Part shown: positions 61,941 through 64,000 of the stretch, in pieces | How the letters are laid out: every line of letters starts with the position of its first letter | Position numbering within the stretch: the stretch's first letter is position 1 | Assembly: GCA_028534125.1 (NCBI GenBank) | Contig: CM052817.1 | Span: 29,514,001-29,578,000 of the forward strand | Length of the DNA: 64,000 nucleotides | Source: Lama glama | Taxonomy: Eukaryota | Reading direction: 5' to 3' | Position numbers and translations under genes: made by a program | The notes under the pieces: generated by a model | Told to the model about the DNA's origin: nothing | The model's input: the letters and a program-made list of their open reading frames with translations, nothing else | Database searches by the model: none

Positions 61941-64000
61941 TATAGTGAGGTATTTGGCCAAGAAGATTTATAGAAAATGTCCACTGTATTCAGCAAGATG
62001 AAGGACATTTGTTACGGTGACTTTTTTTTTTTTAGTTCTGTAGTAGTGATTAATGTGTAAGGGTAACAGATTTATCTGAAATAAAACAGTGGGAGAAAGA
62101 CAGAAAGCTTAGAAAACTCTAGAGAAATATTTGTATGAGTAAATCAAAGAACTATATAATGGAGTAGACAACAGTAAAAACATAAAAAAAACGTTTCTTT
62201 AAAAAGTATAATATGATTTATAAATCTTTGGAAGCATTATTAAAGGAGAAACGAAAGAAAATATGAGTGAACAAAATTCAGACTAAATAATGTAAAATAG
62301 CTTCTGTCATATAAGAGATTTATAAAACAATAAAATAATATTATAAGAATTTTAGTCCTTGTAAATTTGCAGATATACTTGAAAGGAATACACTTATGTA
62401 AAAGTGTCACTAACATTTTAGTAACTATAAAATGAATTAAAATGTCACCACCTCATATTAAAATTCCTTAGTCCTGTGCGTTTCTTTTTTTTGTTCCCTG
62501 GTGAATTCCATCTAACATTCAAGGGTTATATAAGCTCACTGTAATACACATTGTATTTTTTAAGAAGCTTATGTAGCATTCATTTCAGAATCACAAGGAA
62601 AGCACAAGAATAGAAAATTAATGTTCTTTTCAGTTATGAACATCCATTGGAATATTTCAGACAAACTTTTCAGTTAATTGAATCCCATGGTATATTAAAA
62701 ACACTTTCTAAATTTAAGCAGAAAACACAAACTAAAAGAACACATCAGCATATAAGAAGAGCAGGAAGAATTCTGGGCAGCAAGAAGAGCAAATAAAAAT
62801 TCTCAGTCTGGGAACATCTTGGAGTATTCAAGAAATCTAAAGAAAGGAAACACAGTGACATCTGTCCGACACAGCGAAATAACAAGCTTCAGGTTATTGG
62901 CAATTTCAGCACCAGATTGGGCTATATGTCTTCAAATATGTCTATATTTTTGCAAAGCTGAGTTTTGGGTGATGCTGTGATAAAAAGGAAGTATCCTATG
63001 AAAATCAGAATGGAAGAGGAAGTGAGAGTGGTGATGTCCAGCTTGAATACAAGATTTAAGAAGATGTACAAAATCCAACAAACACATTCCACTGGAGAAA
63101 ATACAAAAATGAATATCTAGTTTTGGGTGTTCCAAGCATGGTGAAGATGCAGAAGTGAATGAAAAATCAGAAGAGTGGCAAGATCACACTTTCACTCAAT
63201 AGCTCAAGATGAGCACTTTTAAGTTCTTGTCATAGGTTGAAAAGATAAAATCCAATAGATGCACAAAGATCCAAACACAGATAGCCAAGGCTAACTGAGT
63301 ATTTGTGCTCCTTCCATGTCATTGAGTATCTATAAAAAATGTTTATGAATCGGGAGAGGAAACTATTTTGTCTAGTTTCCCAAGAAGCAGATATATATAA
63401 TTGAAACTAATAATAGAACATCTAGTAAGAATCAGACATTAATTCTTGCTGACTTTAAAATCACCAGAACACTTCATGATCACAAAAAAATAATAAAATT
63501 CAATACTGAGTGTTGGGTGGGGAGAATACTGATCAGAATGCTTATCACTTCTATCACTATATTTATTAATTTAATAGAGTTATTATATCTACCTCTATAT
63601 CTACAGTACTAAGGTTAAAGTTAAAACCAATGTTTTAGAACTAAGATAAAATAACTATTATTTTTTTTTACTTTTTGTTATATTACATGCTAAAAATATG
63701 CATATTCATAATAAATAGGAAGGAAAACACAGGTTGTATCATCTTAGAAGATGTCTCTTTTGAAAAGAGTCAGGTCTAATATCAAACTAGAAAGAGTAAA
63801 AACTGTGTTTGAAAGCCAAATGTAAGAGCACTTTTCCTAAATTTTTCTATTTTTAGAATCCTCACCCATTCTTCTGCACAAGATGCTATTTACCTTATAG
63901 AACTAGCAGAAAGAAGGATATAGGACAATACAGAATACAAAAAGAGAGGAGTTTCTAGTTCAAAATCCGAAGTGATACCTATACAGTGAAGCAGAACTTC

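Overview
AT-rich mammalian genomic DNA that looks intergenic or deep intronic. I found no supportable host protein-coding exon, RNA gene or CRISPR array. Nearly every ORF in the supplied track is a LINE-1 (L1) or ERV remnant, an antisense shadow of one, or a read-through of an N gap. Roughly half of the window is transposon-derived. It contains a near full-length L1 (+, about 3.9-9.6 kb), a deleted ERV-L provirus, a multi-layer nested L1 cluster (about 15.2-28.7 kb), a 3'-truncated L1 (35.1-38.5 kb), several 5'-truncated L1s, MaLR/ERVL/ERV1 solo LTRs, and L2 and MIR relics, plus three N gaps. The youngest L1 tails resemble camelid L1 as I recall it, so the species is an inference. The most interesting observations are: (1) a young, TSD-flanked, roughly 3 kb 'half-L1' with full 5'UTR, ORF1 and 3' end but almost no ORF2, a candidate non-autonomous HAL1-like or spliced L1; (2) an unidentified 489-bp insert with a poly(A) signal and TSD inside L1 ORF2, a candidate retrocopy; (3) an unusually long (about 78 bp) target-site-like duplication around an L1 whose 5' inversion falls in ORF1; (4) three twin-priming inversions of different ages. 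I cannot support a claim of a new biological system beyond these retrotransposon-level candidates. Repeat family names come from visual recall of consensus sequences, not from a database search.
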